A DNA stretch of 64,000 nt from Vicugna vicugna (taxonomy: Eukaryota): contig MU058463.1 of NCBI GenBank assembly GCA_013265495.1, positions 1,883,523 through 1,947,522 on the forward strand. The letters are read 5' to 3'. Shown here in pieces: positions 1-12,830 of this stretch. Under the pieces are notes generated by a model. It was not told the DNA's origin and did no database searches. It saw only the letters and a list, made by a program, of their open reading frames with translations. The position numbers were made by a program, and so were the translations under genes. Within the stretch, counting starts at the first letter, position 1, and every line of letters starts with the position of its first letter.

Positions 1-24
1 TCATGAAACAGGAAGTCGTGATGC

Positions 25-105
25 AGGAGTTTTGTATGGCTTAAATGAGACAAGCCTATTAATACACTGAGCACAATAACTGACAAGCAGTCAGACCTCA
101 GCTGT
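25..105 (+). mobile_element. MIR SINE fragment (core/3' part)
   Basis: 'ttaaatgagacaag...acactgagcacaataactgacaagcagt' resembles the MIR 3' half; boundaries approximate. Confidence 0.6.
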
Positions 106-495
106 GATGGTTTTCTATCTGAACTTTCTGGTCTTTGATTGATCTAAAAAATTAGTGACTTTCTGAATTTTTGATCCAGAACTGTTGATACTCACCTGAG
201 TCTGACAATAGCCCCAGACCTACAGAATAATAGAAATGTTTGAGATAGAGAGTTAAATGAGATAGAGAGTTATAATTCCTGATTGTTTTTAGGTTTGGCT
301 AGTTGTAACTGAGGAGCCAAATAATTGTGATTGAAAGAAGATAGATGTTCATTACTTTCTCATATGCGAAAAAGTGGTTGAAGGAAGCTCAGGGCTATTA
401 TGGTGGCTCCATAGTTATTTGGAAACTTAGCCATTTCCAGATTTCCACTCCACCTTCCCCTTGGTGTGGCTCTCATTCTCCTGCTCTAAGGTGGA

Positions 496-1018
496 TGAAT
501 TAGCTTCCTGGGGCTCCTGTAACAAGTGGCCACAAACTTGGTGGCTTAAAGCAACAGAAATGTATTCTCTGAAAGTTCTGGAGGCCAGAAGTCTAGGATC
601 TGGACCCAAATCAAGGGGGCTATGCTTTCTCTGGAGGTGTCCAAGGGGCAGTCCATTCCTTGTCTCTCCCAGCTCCTGGTGGCTATAGCATTTCTTGGCT
701 TGTGGCCACATCACTCCAGTTTCTGCCTCCATAGTCACATTGTCTTCTCTTTTTTTCTGTGGCAAATCTCCCTCAACCTCTCTCAAAAAGGATGTGTGTG
801 TGTGTGTGTGTGTTTGTGAGAGAGAGAGAGAGAAAGAGAGAGATTACATTTAGAGCCCACATGGATGATCCAATATAATCTCCCTTTCTCAAGATCTTTA
901 TTCAAATCATGACCATGAAGTTACTGTTTGCTGTATAAGGTGACACTCAGGTTCCAGGGGCTAGGACGTGGATCTCTTTTGGGAACAAGAGGGTTGGGGT
1001 ATCATCCAGACCTCCACA
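496..1018 (-). mobile_element. MaLR solo LTR (MLT1B/C/D-like)
   Basis: TG...CA termini; 'cacaaacttggtggcttaaagcaacagaaatgtattctct' and 'aatctccctttctcaagatc' motifs; 5-bp TSD gtgga (491-495) / atgga (1019-1023). Confidence 0.85.
793..842. repeat. Compound (TG)n(AG)n microsatellite inside the LTR
   Basis: Seen directly. Confidence 0.95.
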
Positions 1019-2276
1019 ATGGATCTCTAGCCATTTTTCTCCTGTTTCAAGAAAACGGTTGGATGAAGGTAAGGAGAAGGGACACACCCTCCCCCTTTAA
1101 GGACATGTTTCAAAAATTGCCTGCAACATTTCCTCTCCCATTCCATTGGCCAGATCTCAGTTACATGGTCACAGTCAGCTGCAAGTTAGGCTGGGAATGA
1201 AAGTCTTTTATTCCAATTGATTATGATCTCAGTTTTACACAGCAAGACAAAAGAGATATTACAGGACAACTAGCATCAGGCATCACCTGTCACTTTGGCC
1301 ACATATATATTCACATACACCTTTCTTCCCACAAGCCCCTCCGACTCAGTCTCTCCCCAGGAGAGAGATTTTCAGAGTCCATCAAGTCTAGAATATCTGA
1401 GTGGATGGGTAGTTATGTCATCTGTAATAGATACATATACTGCTCCTCATAGTCCAGTTACCTGCCCCAACAAAAGTTTACCTCAGTGTACTGAAAACAA
1501 GGCAACCATAAGAAAAACTCCCAAGCAGAAAACAGAGAGTGGGAAATAGAGCTATCCTGGAAGGTATCATGTCTTGTTGGGCAGGAATAATGATGACTCC
1601 CCTCTGGTTAGCAGAGTAAGTTCCCAGGTTACCCCCTCTGAAAGCTCCCCTGAGTGGACATCCTTGTTCGCTATTCTCCACAGCTCCCCTGAGGTGGGCC
1701 CTGGAGAAGGTGTCCTTTTTAAATCTGTAGGGATTCTGTAGCCTGCCCCTCACTGGTGCTGGTTTGGAGGCCAAGAAAAAGGTTGGGTTTAATCCCAAGC
1801 TTCCGGGATTGAACAGGATTTGGTGGGTTTTGCTTTTTTGTTTTTTTCTTTTTTTTGTAATTTTATGTCTTCAAAGTCTAGTGGCTTCCAGTTTACTTGC
1901 ACCTGGTCAGTTCTATGTGTTAATAACGACAGAGGAAAATCTTGGAGAGTCAGTTTTTAAGACTGAAGAATCACAGGTCTTTTACTTATGGCCTCCGGCT
2001 CTGCCCGCCCTCCTCCCTTCATGTCTCAGCCTGGTTCTCTTAGACATTTGAAACAAGCTGAAGTGGGAGACCAGACTCTTCATCTGATCTTTGCCACTGA
2101 CCTGTCTCCATTGTCTGGCAGAGAACAATTAACTACAGGTGCTCAGGAAAGACTCAGAGGCACCACCTTATCTTCTGCTAAGTCTGCCGCTTTGCAGCCT
2201 GTACTTTAAACTGCTTCAGTCCGAGGTACAAAGGCAATTTGTTTTTTCAGTCTCATAAGGTCCAATTTCACTGACT

Positions 2277-2480
2277 GTTAGGAATATGGACTCTGGACCC
2301 AAATAGCCTAGTTCAAACCAGGTTCCTCCCTTTTAAGATGTGCAGCTGTCAAGTTATTTCACCTCTTTGATCCTGATCTGCAAAATGGGGCAAAAAACTA
2401 TACCTACTTCATTGTGTTACTTGAAGATCAAGCTACTTAAGACGTAAAGCACTGCTATGATGCCTGGCAGAGTGAGCACC
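2277..2480 (+). mobile_element. MIR SINE
   Basis: 'atggactctggacc...gttcaaacc...aagttatttcacctct...atctgcaaaatgggg...tacctacttc...taaagcact...tgcctggca'. Confidence 0.8.
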
Positions 2481-2959
2481 AGACAGAGGCAGTGAGAACT
2501 AACTTACTGATGTAACAGTACTAGACTCTTGGTCGACTTGTATTGCAGGATGCAGTCTGCTTCCAGACTGATTAGCTCCCAACCGAGTTTACTACCCTTT
2601 TTGTAGATTCTGCTAAAGCAGCAAGAAGTAACAAACATAGGACAGTATCTTGAAGTTTTCCTACCATTTCCCTTAATGCGACCATAGCATGTGCTCTGCT
2701 TTCTAAGATAGGAACCATTTCATTAATGCTTTTCCATACCATAATAGGAGTTTTTCAGCTTTTCAGCTTCCCTTATCCGAGCCATCAGCATCTACATTTT
2801 CATTTTTGTCACAGCCAACACTCTACTTTCAAGACATCAAATTTCATATCCATTCGGGCTTATATTTGTCAGCTCATAGTAGAGATCTTAAGTACAGGAA
2901 ACATAAACAAGATGAATCTTCATTCCCTTTTGCATAAAAGTCTGGATTGAGGTAGTTTA

Positions 2960-3310
2960 GAGATGGCTCAGCGATTCCATAGTTGGATCTGGGGCACATG
3001 TTACTTTCAGTTTTCACACCACCACCTCCAGGATGCTTCCTTATCCTCACAGTTCAAGATGAGTAGGTGGCCATTGTACCCACCTCCAAGCAGCAGAAAG
3101 GAGGGAGGGAGAAGGAGGAAATGTTTCAGAAGTTGAGCACACATACAGCACACCTAGCCAGGGAGGACCACACCTAGTCAGGGAGATCAAAAAGTAAGTC
3201 GTTGCCTCCAGTGGTGATGTGCCAAACCCCCAGTCAGGCTTTCTGTTATCGGAAGAGACCTTGAGAGCAAATCCTATGAGACAAACAGAAGCCTCTGCCA
3301 CAGTCACTGA
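2960..3310 (-). mobile_element. Degenerate old MLT1-like LTR
   Basis: 'cttatcctcacagttcaagatg...acctccaagcagcagaaagg' resembles old MLT1; weak match. Confidence 0.4.
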
Positions 3311-5109
3311 AAATGGTTGTTTCTCTAGTTTACCACAATGTCTGTTAAAAAAAAAATGCCTAACATATGACCTTTCAGTCTCTCTTTCTTATTACCTACT
3401 ACACAACAATGTAAAACCAGTGAGTGCATATGCATTCAATAACAAACAAAATAAAACCAAATAGCTTCTATCAAGTGAAAAGTCAACCCTGAACTAGGGT
3501 CTGGTTTTCCCTTGGGATGCAACTGCATTCTCTTAAGTTGAAATTAACTTGCATTTGTATCTTTAAAAAATAAAGACCAAATTATTTGCATGTTTATGTA
3601 ACATATGGTTGGTAGAGGTTTCTTTTGTTTATGTAAATAAGACATGTATTTTAACCCCATGCTTTCTAAACTTGTATGCAGCAAAATTATATTTTAGAAG
3701 CTATAATAACCAAACTATCTGAATTAAAATGAGAGACAGGCTATTCCACTATACTAAATATTTGGAGGGCATGTGAAAGACTGAACTCTTCCATTATCTG
3801 TTTTTCACTTTATCTTCATGAGGCAAAGAAAATTGATAAACAAAAACCTAATATTTGGGGTTTTTTTGAACTGCCACAAAACTACAAATTAAAAAAAATT
3901 ACACTGAGCCAAGGAAGAGTAAGCAATATATAAATGGTTTGTTTTGTTTCTTCATCAAGCAACATGGCTGTATCTGCTCCTAAGATTTTTTTTTTTCCTT
4001 TTGGTTGGTTGGTTTTGTTTGGTTTTGTTTTGGGTGATGTTCAGTATTTTGTGTCCTGATAGGAATTTTAATGAACGTAAAACAAAAGGACTGGTAGCAA
4101 GCTGAGCGCAGTGGCTGAATCAGGTAGGCGTGTGTATTCACAGAGCTGATGACGGACAATTTTCTTGTGCCCAAATGTCGGTCAATCAGACTTGTCATCA
4201 GAGAGAAGATATTTAAAAAAAAAATCCTAGACATGTTTTAAAAAAATATGCCTACTTCAGGGATGGAGTTAAAAGAAAACTGACAAGACCACTAAGTAAG
4301 ACTGACACATTCTGCACAGTTTGCCTGTGTCAGAGGGCACGGAAGTGGAGGAGGAACCCGCCTGAGAAAGCCTCCGCTTTGGACAGTAACTCTTTGACAC
4401 GTCGCTGAGATAAAGTGCATCCTTGAAACCAGGAGGCATTAACCATTTCCTTGTGCTGTCCAGTCAGTCCGGGTCATAAGTAAAGTAACAGCTAATTTAT
4501 TTTTTCCTTCATCTTTAGAATACTAATATGGACAACAGATATTCAGAGATAATTAGTGTAACACGTTTTACACCAAAAAAAGTAATGCCTACAAGTTCCA
4601 ACAGGGAATGAAAGAGCTGTGATCCATTTGGCTTAACCCTTAGTTGTATCTTACTTAACTTTGTCCGGAAAGGATCCAAGGCAACTTACTGGAATTTTCA
4701 GTTTAACTGAGTAACCCTTTCCAGGTCTCAGTTTTACATGGTCTAAACCCAGGATGGGCCCTCCTCAGTCTCTGCTTAAAAACTCCTCAAAGTTTCTACA
4801 TCCTGCATAGTCAAGTTCTTTAATAGACATATAAGCCCTTTATGCCCTCACCTCCTTCTACCATTAAAGTTTTACTTTTTTCCTGATAGCAAATGACTTA
4901 CCTCAAACATTAAATAAAATATTTTGAAGAACATTCTAATGGAAAGAAAGCAGAGCCGCATGAAAATGAAGTTTACATGATGACCAAATTGTTTAAGGTA
5001 TTGGCCAATTTTGCATTTTTTTGGTTACTCTGTGTGTATGAAAGTATTTGTGTCAAATTTGAGAATGATTACTGCTTTTTAATTTATAATTCACTTTTTT
5101 TGCCTTGCA

Positions 5110-5390
5110 CTGACATATAGCAAAAACTTGGAATAGCATAAATGTCCATCAAATGATGGATTGCTTAAATTAACTACAGTAGGTTATAATGTAGTGCATA
5201 CATGATATAATTTCATTTTACAGAAAAATATCTGTGATATGTAAAAATATTTAGAAATCATATAAAAGGATTTGGAAAATATTCAGCAAGTTAGTGATAG
5301 GGTTGTCTTTGAATGGGTGGGATTATTGTAGTTTTTGTATTTACTCTATTTTTTTCCTGCAGTAATAATTCATTGCTTCTTAAAAAAGGA
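5110..5390 (+). mobile_element. Old L1M (L1ME-like) 3' fragment
   Basis: 'atagcaaaaacttggaatagcataaatgtccatcaaatgatggattg'. Confidence 0.65.
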
Positions 5391-5419
5391 AAAAGTAATA
5401 GGAGAAATTAATGATGAAA

Positions 5420-5640
5420 GAAGCTACATTTTAATGAGCGACAGGTTACTGTGTGCTGGGCACTGTGGCAAGTTTTAGCTTTAATTGTCTGTTCTAATCC
5501 TCAGTAATTCTGTGAGGTAGATATGACGAATGTCATTTTATAAATGTGAAAACGGGAACTTAGAGATGCTATGCTGAAGTTCAAGGCTGCATTGTTCCTA
5601 TATCCGGACATGAGATTTATACACAGACCAACCATGCTTC
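5420..5640 (-). mobile_element. MIR SINE
   Basis: 'tactgtgtgctgggcactgtg...taatcctcagtaattctgtgaggtag...cattttataaatgtgaaaac'. Confidence 0.8.
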
Positions 5641-6904
5641 TAAGCAGTCATTATACTTCCTGCTACTGATGTGTATTTGGGCTGTGCTTTCAACGATTAC
5701 AAATAGCCCAAGAAAGAAAGAAATAGCTAAGCAACTAATTCAGAGTTTTAAAAATTAAAATTAAAAAACCATTTTACGAATCAATAATAGTTCAAGCCAT
5801 ATGGACTATTTGTTTCATAGTGCACCAAAATGAACAATCTTTGAGGGAAAAAAAAGGCAACCAGAGATGTTCATTTCAACAACAAAAAAAATTTTAAGCA
5901 AATTGTTAGGTTAATCAGGTTTTTCAAAAAAAATTATAACCAAATTACTTTAGAAATGAATTATCTAGAGCCCTCTGGCTCCCTCTGGCAAGTGGCACTT
6001 ACTTGGCACCCACTATAGCCACTCTGGATTACTTAACTCTTCCACAGCAAACAATTGTTTGAATCTTGACCTTTGCCCATGTCCTAGAATTCTCTTTCTA
6101 CTGCTTTGGAGCTCTTATTAATTCTCCAAGGTTCTTCTCCCCAATTAGTTTCCATTTCCAACCTGAAGATGAGTTAAGTTCAATTTTACTGTTCTCCCAC
6201 ATCCAAAACATTTAACAGCCAATATGGCAGATCAAATGGCCAAGGCAACACGGCCCTGGCCAATCAAAATGATCCAGCCATGCAGCAACACCAGTGCACA
6301 GCTGCTGCATATCAACCACTGGAAAGATCACGTTGTGCATTGTCCCTCCAATCGGTACCTAAGCTCCTTGAGGACAGGGGCCACCTGATACATACTTTCA
6401 TGTCACAGTGCACATTGGCTATGCTGGAGCTGAATTAGGACAGCAAATCGAGAAGTGTTCAAGCATATACGCCTCTTTCTTTGGTCTAGAATGCTTGGGA
6501 AACTTCTTACCCATCACATCAGAATATGTGGTATTCACAGAAACAGTGGTCTGGTTACATGCCTGATTTTCTTGGAGCTCCAAAAAGTCCTGGGAAAGAG
6601 CATGAACCCTGTCCACCATTAGTGTTCAACACATGTAGACATATCTGGTAAAAGACTAGAGGTGGGGAGGAGGACCCAGACTCCACTAGAAGACCATGGG
6701 GCCCTTAAAGGAAAAAGAACCACATCAGATCTGGTGGGCAGGGCATGACCTCTCAGTGTGGCCTATGTGTGAAAGGGGGGCAGTAGTTCCAGGTACAAGT
6801 GAGATGGCACATGAGCAATTCCCCACTCAGCACACTTCAAACCAGTCCAGAATATCTGTGCCCCAGATGCAAGAAGGACTTTTAAAAAATTCAAAATTTG
6901 TACC

Positions 6905-7047
6905 TCTTGGAAATGTTAACTATCTTGATTGTGATGTTGGTTTTATTGGTGTATACATCTATCAAAATTCATCAAATTGTATAACTGAAATTTGTGTAAT
7001 TTACTGTACAGGAATCATATAGCAATAAAGATGTTAAAAAAAAAAAA
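6905..7047 (+). mobile_element. L1M 3' terminus with poly(A)
   Basis: 'ggaaatgttaactatcttgattgtgatg...tcaaaattcatcaaattgta...caataaagatgtt' followed by an A-run. Confidence 0.8.
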
Positions 7048-7251
7048 GGATATCACCAGGGGCTCAAGCATCTCTCGGTGGGCTCCACCCACCCTGTTAA
7101 AGGCACTGATGTAAGAAATGTGGATGCATCATCCTGTCTAGGGAGAAAAGTCACGAAAATTCAAAGTCAGATACAGGAGCCCTCTAGGAGAGTGTGGGAA
7201 TCCCATTTCCCAAGGTCATGCTCAGACAGGAAGTCTCTATAATAGTGATGC

Positions 7252-7723
7252 TGCATTATGTTTCCACAGCTGCCATAACAAATTACCACAAACTTGGTGG
7301 GCTTAAAACAACACAGATTTATGACCCTATAGTTCTGTAGGTCAGCAGTCAAGGTGCCAGTGGGGCTGTGCTCCTGCCGACGCCTCTACTAGAACGTCTG
7401 CTACCTCGCCTTTTCTGGCTCCTAGAGGCCACTCATCCCATGGATGGTGCCCCTTTTAAAGTCAACAATAGTGGATCAAGTCCTTCTTACCTTGCATCAG
7501 TCCGATCTCCTCTTTTGACTCCCTCTTCCATCTAAGGACCCTTGTGATTACATTAAGCCCACCTGGATAATCCAGAATAAACTCTTTATTTTAAGGTCAA
7601 TTGATTAGCGACCTCAATTCAATCTGTACCTCAATTCATTTTGCTGTGCAACATGGCATATTCATGGGTTCTGGGGGATTCGATTGTGAACATCTTTGAG
7701 GGGCCATTACCCTGCTTACCACA
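7252..7723 (-). mobile_element. MaLR solo LTR (MLT1C/D-like)
   Basis: TG...CA; 'gctgccataacaaattaccacaaacttggtgggcttaaaacaacac', 'aggacccttgtgattacattaagcccacctggataatccag'. Confidence 0.85.
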
Positions 7724-8039
7724 CATGACTAAACAGATTATACCCATAAAGGCAAGAGCAATAACAGTGTAGAGTGAAGGATGCTGTCTGGATGGGTCTG
7801 GCTGGGACACAGGACAGAGTACAGACCTCAGACACGTCAGACAAGGAGGCAGGGGGAAAGCTACAGTCAGGCTACTGGAGCAGTGGGCAGACTCTGTGGT
7901 TCGTGTAAACAGCTCATCTATACCCCCCCCCCACCACCACTCGCGACGGGATTCCTAGGTGGTTAGGAAAGGAAGAGCTGACCTCTGTCTCTTACTTAGT
8001 ATTTAGCAACTCATCAATGAGTCTATGGACAAACTGGAA

Positions 8040-8260
8040 AGTAATGTTATCAAGAATATAAATACTGGTGGATTCTGGGCTATGTTTTGGTTCCACTTCT
8101 AGGACCCTCTAGATTCTCTGTTATTCAAGAAGGTAGGAGCTTGGAGAATCAACATGTAAAATTGCTGAATGACACCAAATTTATCTTCACTGGCTGATAC
8201 GTCATGAACATTAGTCTTTAAAAAACAACTCCAAGGTTGAGTAACATGGTTTAAAGCAGT
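8040..8260 (+). mobile_element. CR1/L3 LINE reverse-transcriptase remnant
   Basis: 8078-8101 reads GYVLVPLL (cf. QGSVLGPLL); 'aaaattgctgaatgacaccaaatt' is KFADDTK with a 1-nt insertion. Confidence 0.55.
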
Positions 8261-9539
8261 TTTTCAGTAAGTACTTGTTAAATGAACTAATGAGTGAACG
8301 CTCTAATCTCAGGTGGCACTTGGCAGAGTAGACAGATTGTTTCTGCATGGGTTAACAAAATAATTCTGAAATTATATTTCCTATCCCTTTAGTTGAGGAT
8401 GACAAGAGGAGACGATTCATTTTACTCTAGACACTGAAACGTCTAGTGCCCTTTAGTGCTGTGCCTTGCCCCTACATCTCCCCCTGCTAATCTTTGTCTA
8501 GGTGAATTGGTAGAGCCTTTAGTAGCAGGACAATGAGATGGATAATTAAGTAGGGCTATTCTATTTTCAGACAGATAAGAGATCACTTGTTCTGAGATAT
8601 TTTATATAGATGAACATAATAGACAGCAATACTTATAAACAGACATTTGCAAGATTCAACTCATGGATCCAAAAGTTATTTTTATATTAATACTTTTCTT
8701 GGCTCATATAGAATATTTCTTTCTTTCTTTCTTTTCCCCCTCATCATATGCTCAGGGTTCAAGGAAGAAAATTCCTGATTTAGGTTACTTTGTACAAACC
8801 AAGATGCATTTTTAGTCTACAGCATACAGTCTGCCGTGATTCATGATCACACAAGTTACATGTCTGACTTCAGATTAGCTTTGCTTTACCAACTGTCTCA
8901 TTTTATAAGTAGCTCCGCAAGCACCAAAAACTGGATGAGTGATTTGCCAGTGATCAAGTCATGAAAAAGAAAGTCATTTCTTGAGTTCACTATAAGATTT
9001 TAACCAAGCCACCTTTCTACAAATAAGTTTACAATCACCTGTTCTTCTATCTCACAAGAGTGTTGCAAAGAGAAATTGCAAACAATATGATTGATTCTAA
9101 CTATAATAAAATATTAAAGTTAATATGAATGGAGAAGGAGGCACAATTAAATGTTACTCTTGGTCTAAAATGTTCGTTTTCTGCCCCAGGCAGATGTCAG
9201 GCAGTCATCAAGGGGAACTCAGGGAGTAACTCATGAGCCCAGAGCTGTCTCTCAGACTACAAACACTTCATCCAGGAAAGGGACAATCTGGGGGGCTGTG
9301 GATGCATAAATATTTTGTCTCCATTGTGTCCAGTTTCGTTGGGAATCTGAGTGAGACCCACTGTGCAGAGGGCTATCCCAGGGAAATGGTCACAGTCCCA
9401 GGAAAATGAGGTGGCACCTCAAGGAGCTCACAAGAGGATGTGGAAAAGATAAACACACAAAAACCAAATCAATGGTGCAACCATTAGATGAACACATGCA
9501 TACAACTGCAGACAATGGTGCAAACATACACCAGCTGTT

Positions 9540-9720
9540 GAGGGGTGAGGGGGGAGCATGATCGGTCTGCCTGGGTGGGGACAGGACAGGCCGGGAAGAG
9601 GATAGAAGTCTGGAGGTGGACTGTGGAGGATAAATTCACCAGGAGAGCAGAAGAAAGGGACATTCTGAGCTGGGGAACAGCAAGAGCAAAGTCACGCAGG
9701 GGTGAAAGGGGACAGCAAAT
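9540..9720 (-). mobile_element. L2 fragment
   Basis: 'gggacattctgagctggggaacagcaagagcaaagtcacgcagggg'. Confidence 0.6.
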
Positions 9721-10107
9721 TTGAGATACCAGTTACGGTAGTTATAACATGAAAGGCACGTGCATTGGTGGCAGGAGGAAGGAAAACAAAGGAGATGGCA
9801 AGGAAAGGGGGCCTTGGCTGTTTAGTGACGTGTCCCTGTGTGTCATGTGTATTGATAAATCAGTTTTTAGAAATATATTGTTCAGTGTGTAAAGGATCAC
9901 AATAATTATATGACCTTAAAGATGATATATTTATGAGTATGTTGATGTATTATTTACAGAGTATGACCATGTCTTATTTAATTATAGCAGCACAGGAAGA
10001 CAGGTCTTGCTGTCCTTGGTTTTGCACATGGAGACAATTCTGAAAAAACGGTAGTAAGCTGCATGCCCGTGGTTGCTGCACTTTGACTGAAACAGGCTGC
10101 CTCAGTG

Positions 10108-11085
10108 TTCATTCACATTCAGTAAACATGTACCGAGTTCCTACTCTACTGCCAAGCACCCTGATAGATGCTGGGAATACAAAGAACGCTCAAATGAATA
10201 CACAGAAAGGAGGGGAAACTATTATATAAACAATGAATTAAAATATAATGAAGTAAAAACTACTGAGATTACAACTCAGCATATGCACAGAGGGACGTAG
10301 GGAGAGCTGCCCAGAAGCGGTGCCACCCGAACTGTGAGGAGGTGTTCAGGGGTGGAAGAGAGAAAGGCTGGTCCAGACCTGGGAACTACACGTACAAAGC
10401 CATGGAAACATGGAAGACTATCATGTGAGGCCACACTGTGAGAAGTGCAGGGAGGATGGTCTTGGGTTGCAAATGAAAGACATGGGAGCCAGATCAAAAA
10501 CAGCCTTTGCAGGCTACACTTGTGGGGCACAGGAGTGGGGAGGCGGGGGGCGGAGGGGTGAGGGGGAGGTTGAATTTTCATGCTGTAAGTGGCTAGGATC
10601 CACTGGAGGATTTTAACTGTGTGAATGACAAGATCAGACTTGTTATTCAGAAAGCACACCCTGGCAGCAGTTCAGTGGGTGGAAAGGAAAATGGTTACCC
10701 TGGAGACGGGCAAACCCATTAGGAAGCTATGACAATAATCCAGGAGAGAGGAAATGAGGATAGTGGTTGGAGGAGTGAGCAGATTCAAAGACATTTCAGA
10801 AGATTCGTTGGAGGCAAATGCGGAATGGAAGGAAGACTCAGGAATGATGGTCAGGTTTCTGGCTTGGACACCTAGGGAGACGGCAAATCATTCATCAAGA
10901 TGCAGCGGAGCAAAGGAGCAGATTTGGAGGAGACTACACTACGAGTACATGTGGGACGAGTTGAATTTGAGATGCCTCTGGGACCTCTAGAGGACATGGC
11001 TAATATAGTCTATTTAAAATTCAGACGAGAGGTTATGACTAAATATGTAGACTTAAGAGTAATCCTCAAATAGTTTGTTGTTGAA
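10108..11085 (-). mobile_element. L2 LINE, about 1 kb including the 3' end
   Basis: Starts 'ttcattcacattcagtaaacatgtaccgagttcctac'; internal 'gtgaatgacaagatcagacttg', 'gagttgaatttgagatgcct'. Confidence 0.85.
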
Positions 11086-12149
11086 AATTTGAAAATCCCC
11101 AAAACTACAAGCTCTGGGTACCATGGCTTCTACCCTGGTTCATTTTGCAACGTCTCTGAAGTAAGGACTAGCTCAAGCTTTGTTCCAAAGCACAAATTAG
11201 CATTGCAGCTCAGTAAACGATGTCTCTGAGCTTCTGGAAAGAAAGATGTTCAGTCACCATAAGGCCCAGCACTAATGAAAAGTCACATGAGATAATAGCT
11301 CTGTTCTCCAGTTGCTTTTGAACCTCAGATCACTCTTTGGCAACAAGGTAAGAATTTACAGAAACTGCTGAAAAGATCTTCTGGTAAATAGGGCAGCAAA
11401 AAGAGTTTGTTTTTAATATTCATTCTAAACCATATATGTGGTTGTATTTTGAAACTGCTAGTTCACATTCTTGACCTGAATTCCTTTTCTAATTGGAAAG
11501 TCAATTTTGATTTTGATTATAGGATATAATTTCTTTAGAAAAATCTCCCATGAGAATTAGTTCCTTCTCATTATGCTTTTTTTTTAAACCAGATAAAATT
11601 ACATGAATGATATGTGCTTATGTAATGGGTGTAGTTTGCCTATATTTTAATTGGAAAGCAGTTCTTAGTGGGAAAATCTTTTTGCTCAGCTGTGGACAGA
11701 CATCAAGAACATAACTTTAACATCAAATAAATGAAAGCTGTTATTGCTTTCAGGTTGGGTCGAGATGACCATATGTTAGACCAGAGCATCATAGTCATTA
11801 CTGCTTGGGAAAAACACTAAAAATCAATCATTTGTCTCCAGATTGTGACAGATATGAAACGATCAATCCCATTACTTTTCTGTTCCCATCCCCATTCTTC
11901 CTAATTTGGAGCACAGTGGAAAGGCTGGAAGATTCATTTGTCACAGCACATATTCTGTCACCAGAATGAATACCAGGAAGGAAGGAAAGAAACTGAAACA
12001 AATGCTTTCCATATTTAATCTTTTCACAATGGTTTTCACAATAATCTTGTTCTGGGGAATCACAGAACTAATAAATTTAAAGCTATTAGAACAGTAATAG
12101 TAAAACTATTAAAGCAGTAACTATTACAGGATAAATGCTCCCTAAGTAT

Positions 12150-12330
12150 TCAATAGGATTATTACTAATTTGATACATCTCCATTTTTTTACCTGAAGAA
12201 TTCCATATGTGGGAGATTACATATTTATCCAAAGTGATACAGCTAGTAAGAGATGGGTCTGGGGTTGGGACCCAGGTTTGCCTGCCTCCAGACCTCAGGC
12301 TCTTTCTATTATTCTATACTGCCACTTAGT
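12150..12330 (-). mobile_element. MIR SINE
   Basis: 'ccaaagtgatacagctagtaagagatgggtctgggg...cccaggtttgcctgcctccagacc'. Confidence 0.8.
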
Positions 12331-12689
12331 GACAAGTAACCTTAGATCGTGTTGAAAAGAATATGCCATTCCAGTATATTCTCCTGGTAAGACTACTAAA
12401 ACAGGCATATTAAAATAAAAACAAAAAACAACTTCTAGGGTCTCTAAGGAGAAAAAAACAACAACAAAAACCCCCTAACTTCTATCCTTTGATAGTTGAT
12501 CCCAAGTAATCTTTTGATTTACCTGTGCCTTAGTTTTCTCATTTGGAACATAAAGATGTCATTACTTCCTTTCTTTGCCAATGCACTATTCAAATATTCA
12601 GTATAGTGCGCTATATTACAGTTTCTGCGTTACAACTTTGATATATATTATCTCTTTTGGTTTTCAGAATAGAGCTAATTTGACCTAAT

Positions 12690-12830
12690 GTAAATTCCAT
12701 TGAATTTCCAGTTCCATGAACTTGGACACATTGCTTAAGTTAATGAAATTCTTTGTCTCTGTTTTCTCACTTAGAATACAAAGCTAGAGGTTGAATTAGA
12801 TGTGCCCCTTGGGTCCTTTCACAATCTTAT
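12690..12830 (+). mobile_element. MIR/MIR3 fragment
   Basis: 'atgaacttggacacattgctt...gtctctgttttctcac...ggttgaattagatg...ggtcctttc'. Confidence 0.55.

Larger units (their letters stand above)
290..1230 (-). mobile_element. Old MaLR LTR (MLT1J/K-like), split by a younger MLT1 insertion at 496-1018
   Basis: 'ggtttggctagttgtaac...' on the left; 'ccattccattggccagatctcagttacatggtcacagtcagctgcaagttaggctgggaa' on the right is typical of the reverse strand of old MLT1. Confidence 0.6.
4765..6480 (+). mobile_element. Fragmented L2 3' region (pieces at about 4765-4870, 6020-6130, 6350-6480) interrupted by L1M and MIR
   Basis: 'ctctgcttaaaaactcctcaaag', 'gacctttgcccatgtcctagaattctc', 'taagctccttgaggacagggg' are L2 3' motifs in the expected order. 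Confidence 0.55.

Noticed and set aside
427..786. 119-aa ORF and similar ORFs at 10276, 14016, 28439, 33303-34157, 41949 and 53042
   Set aside because: They lie within MLT1, L2, L1 or Tigger repeats; not host genes
10537..10566. G-quadruplex-capable G-runs
   Set aside because: Inside an L2 remnant with no promoter context; such tracts are common
11323..11343. Peptide PQITLWQ, identical to the N-terminus of HIV-1 protease
   Set aside because: Only 7 residues; no downstream DTG motif or other retroviral sequence; compatible with chance
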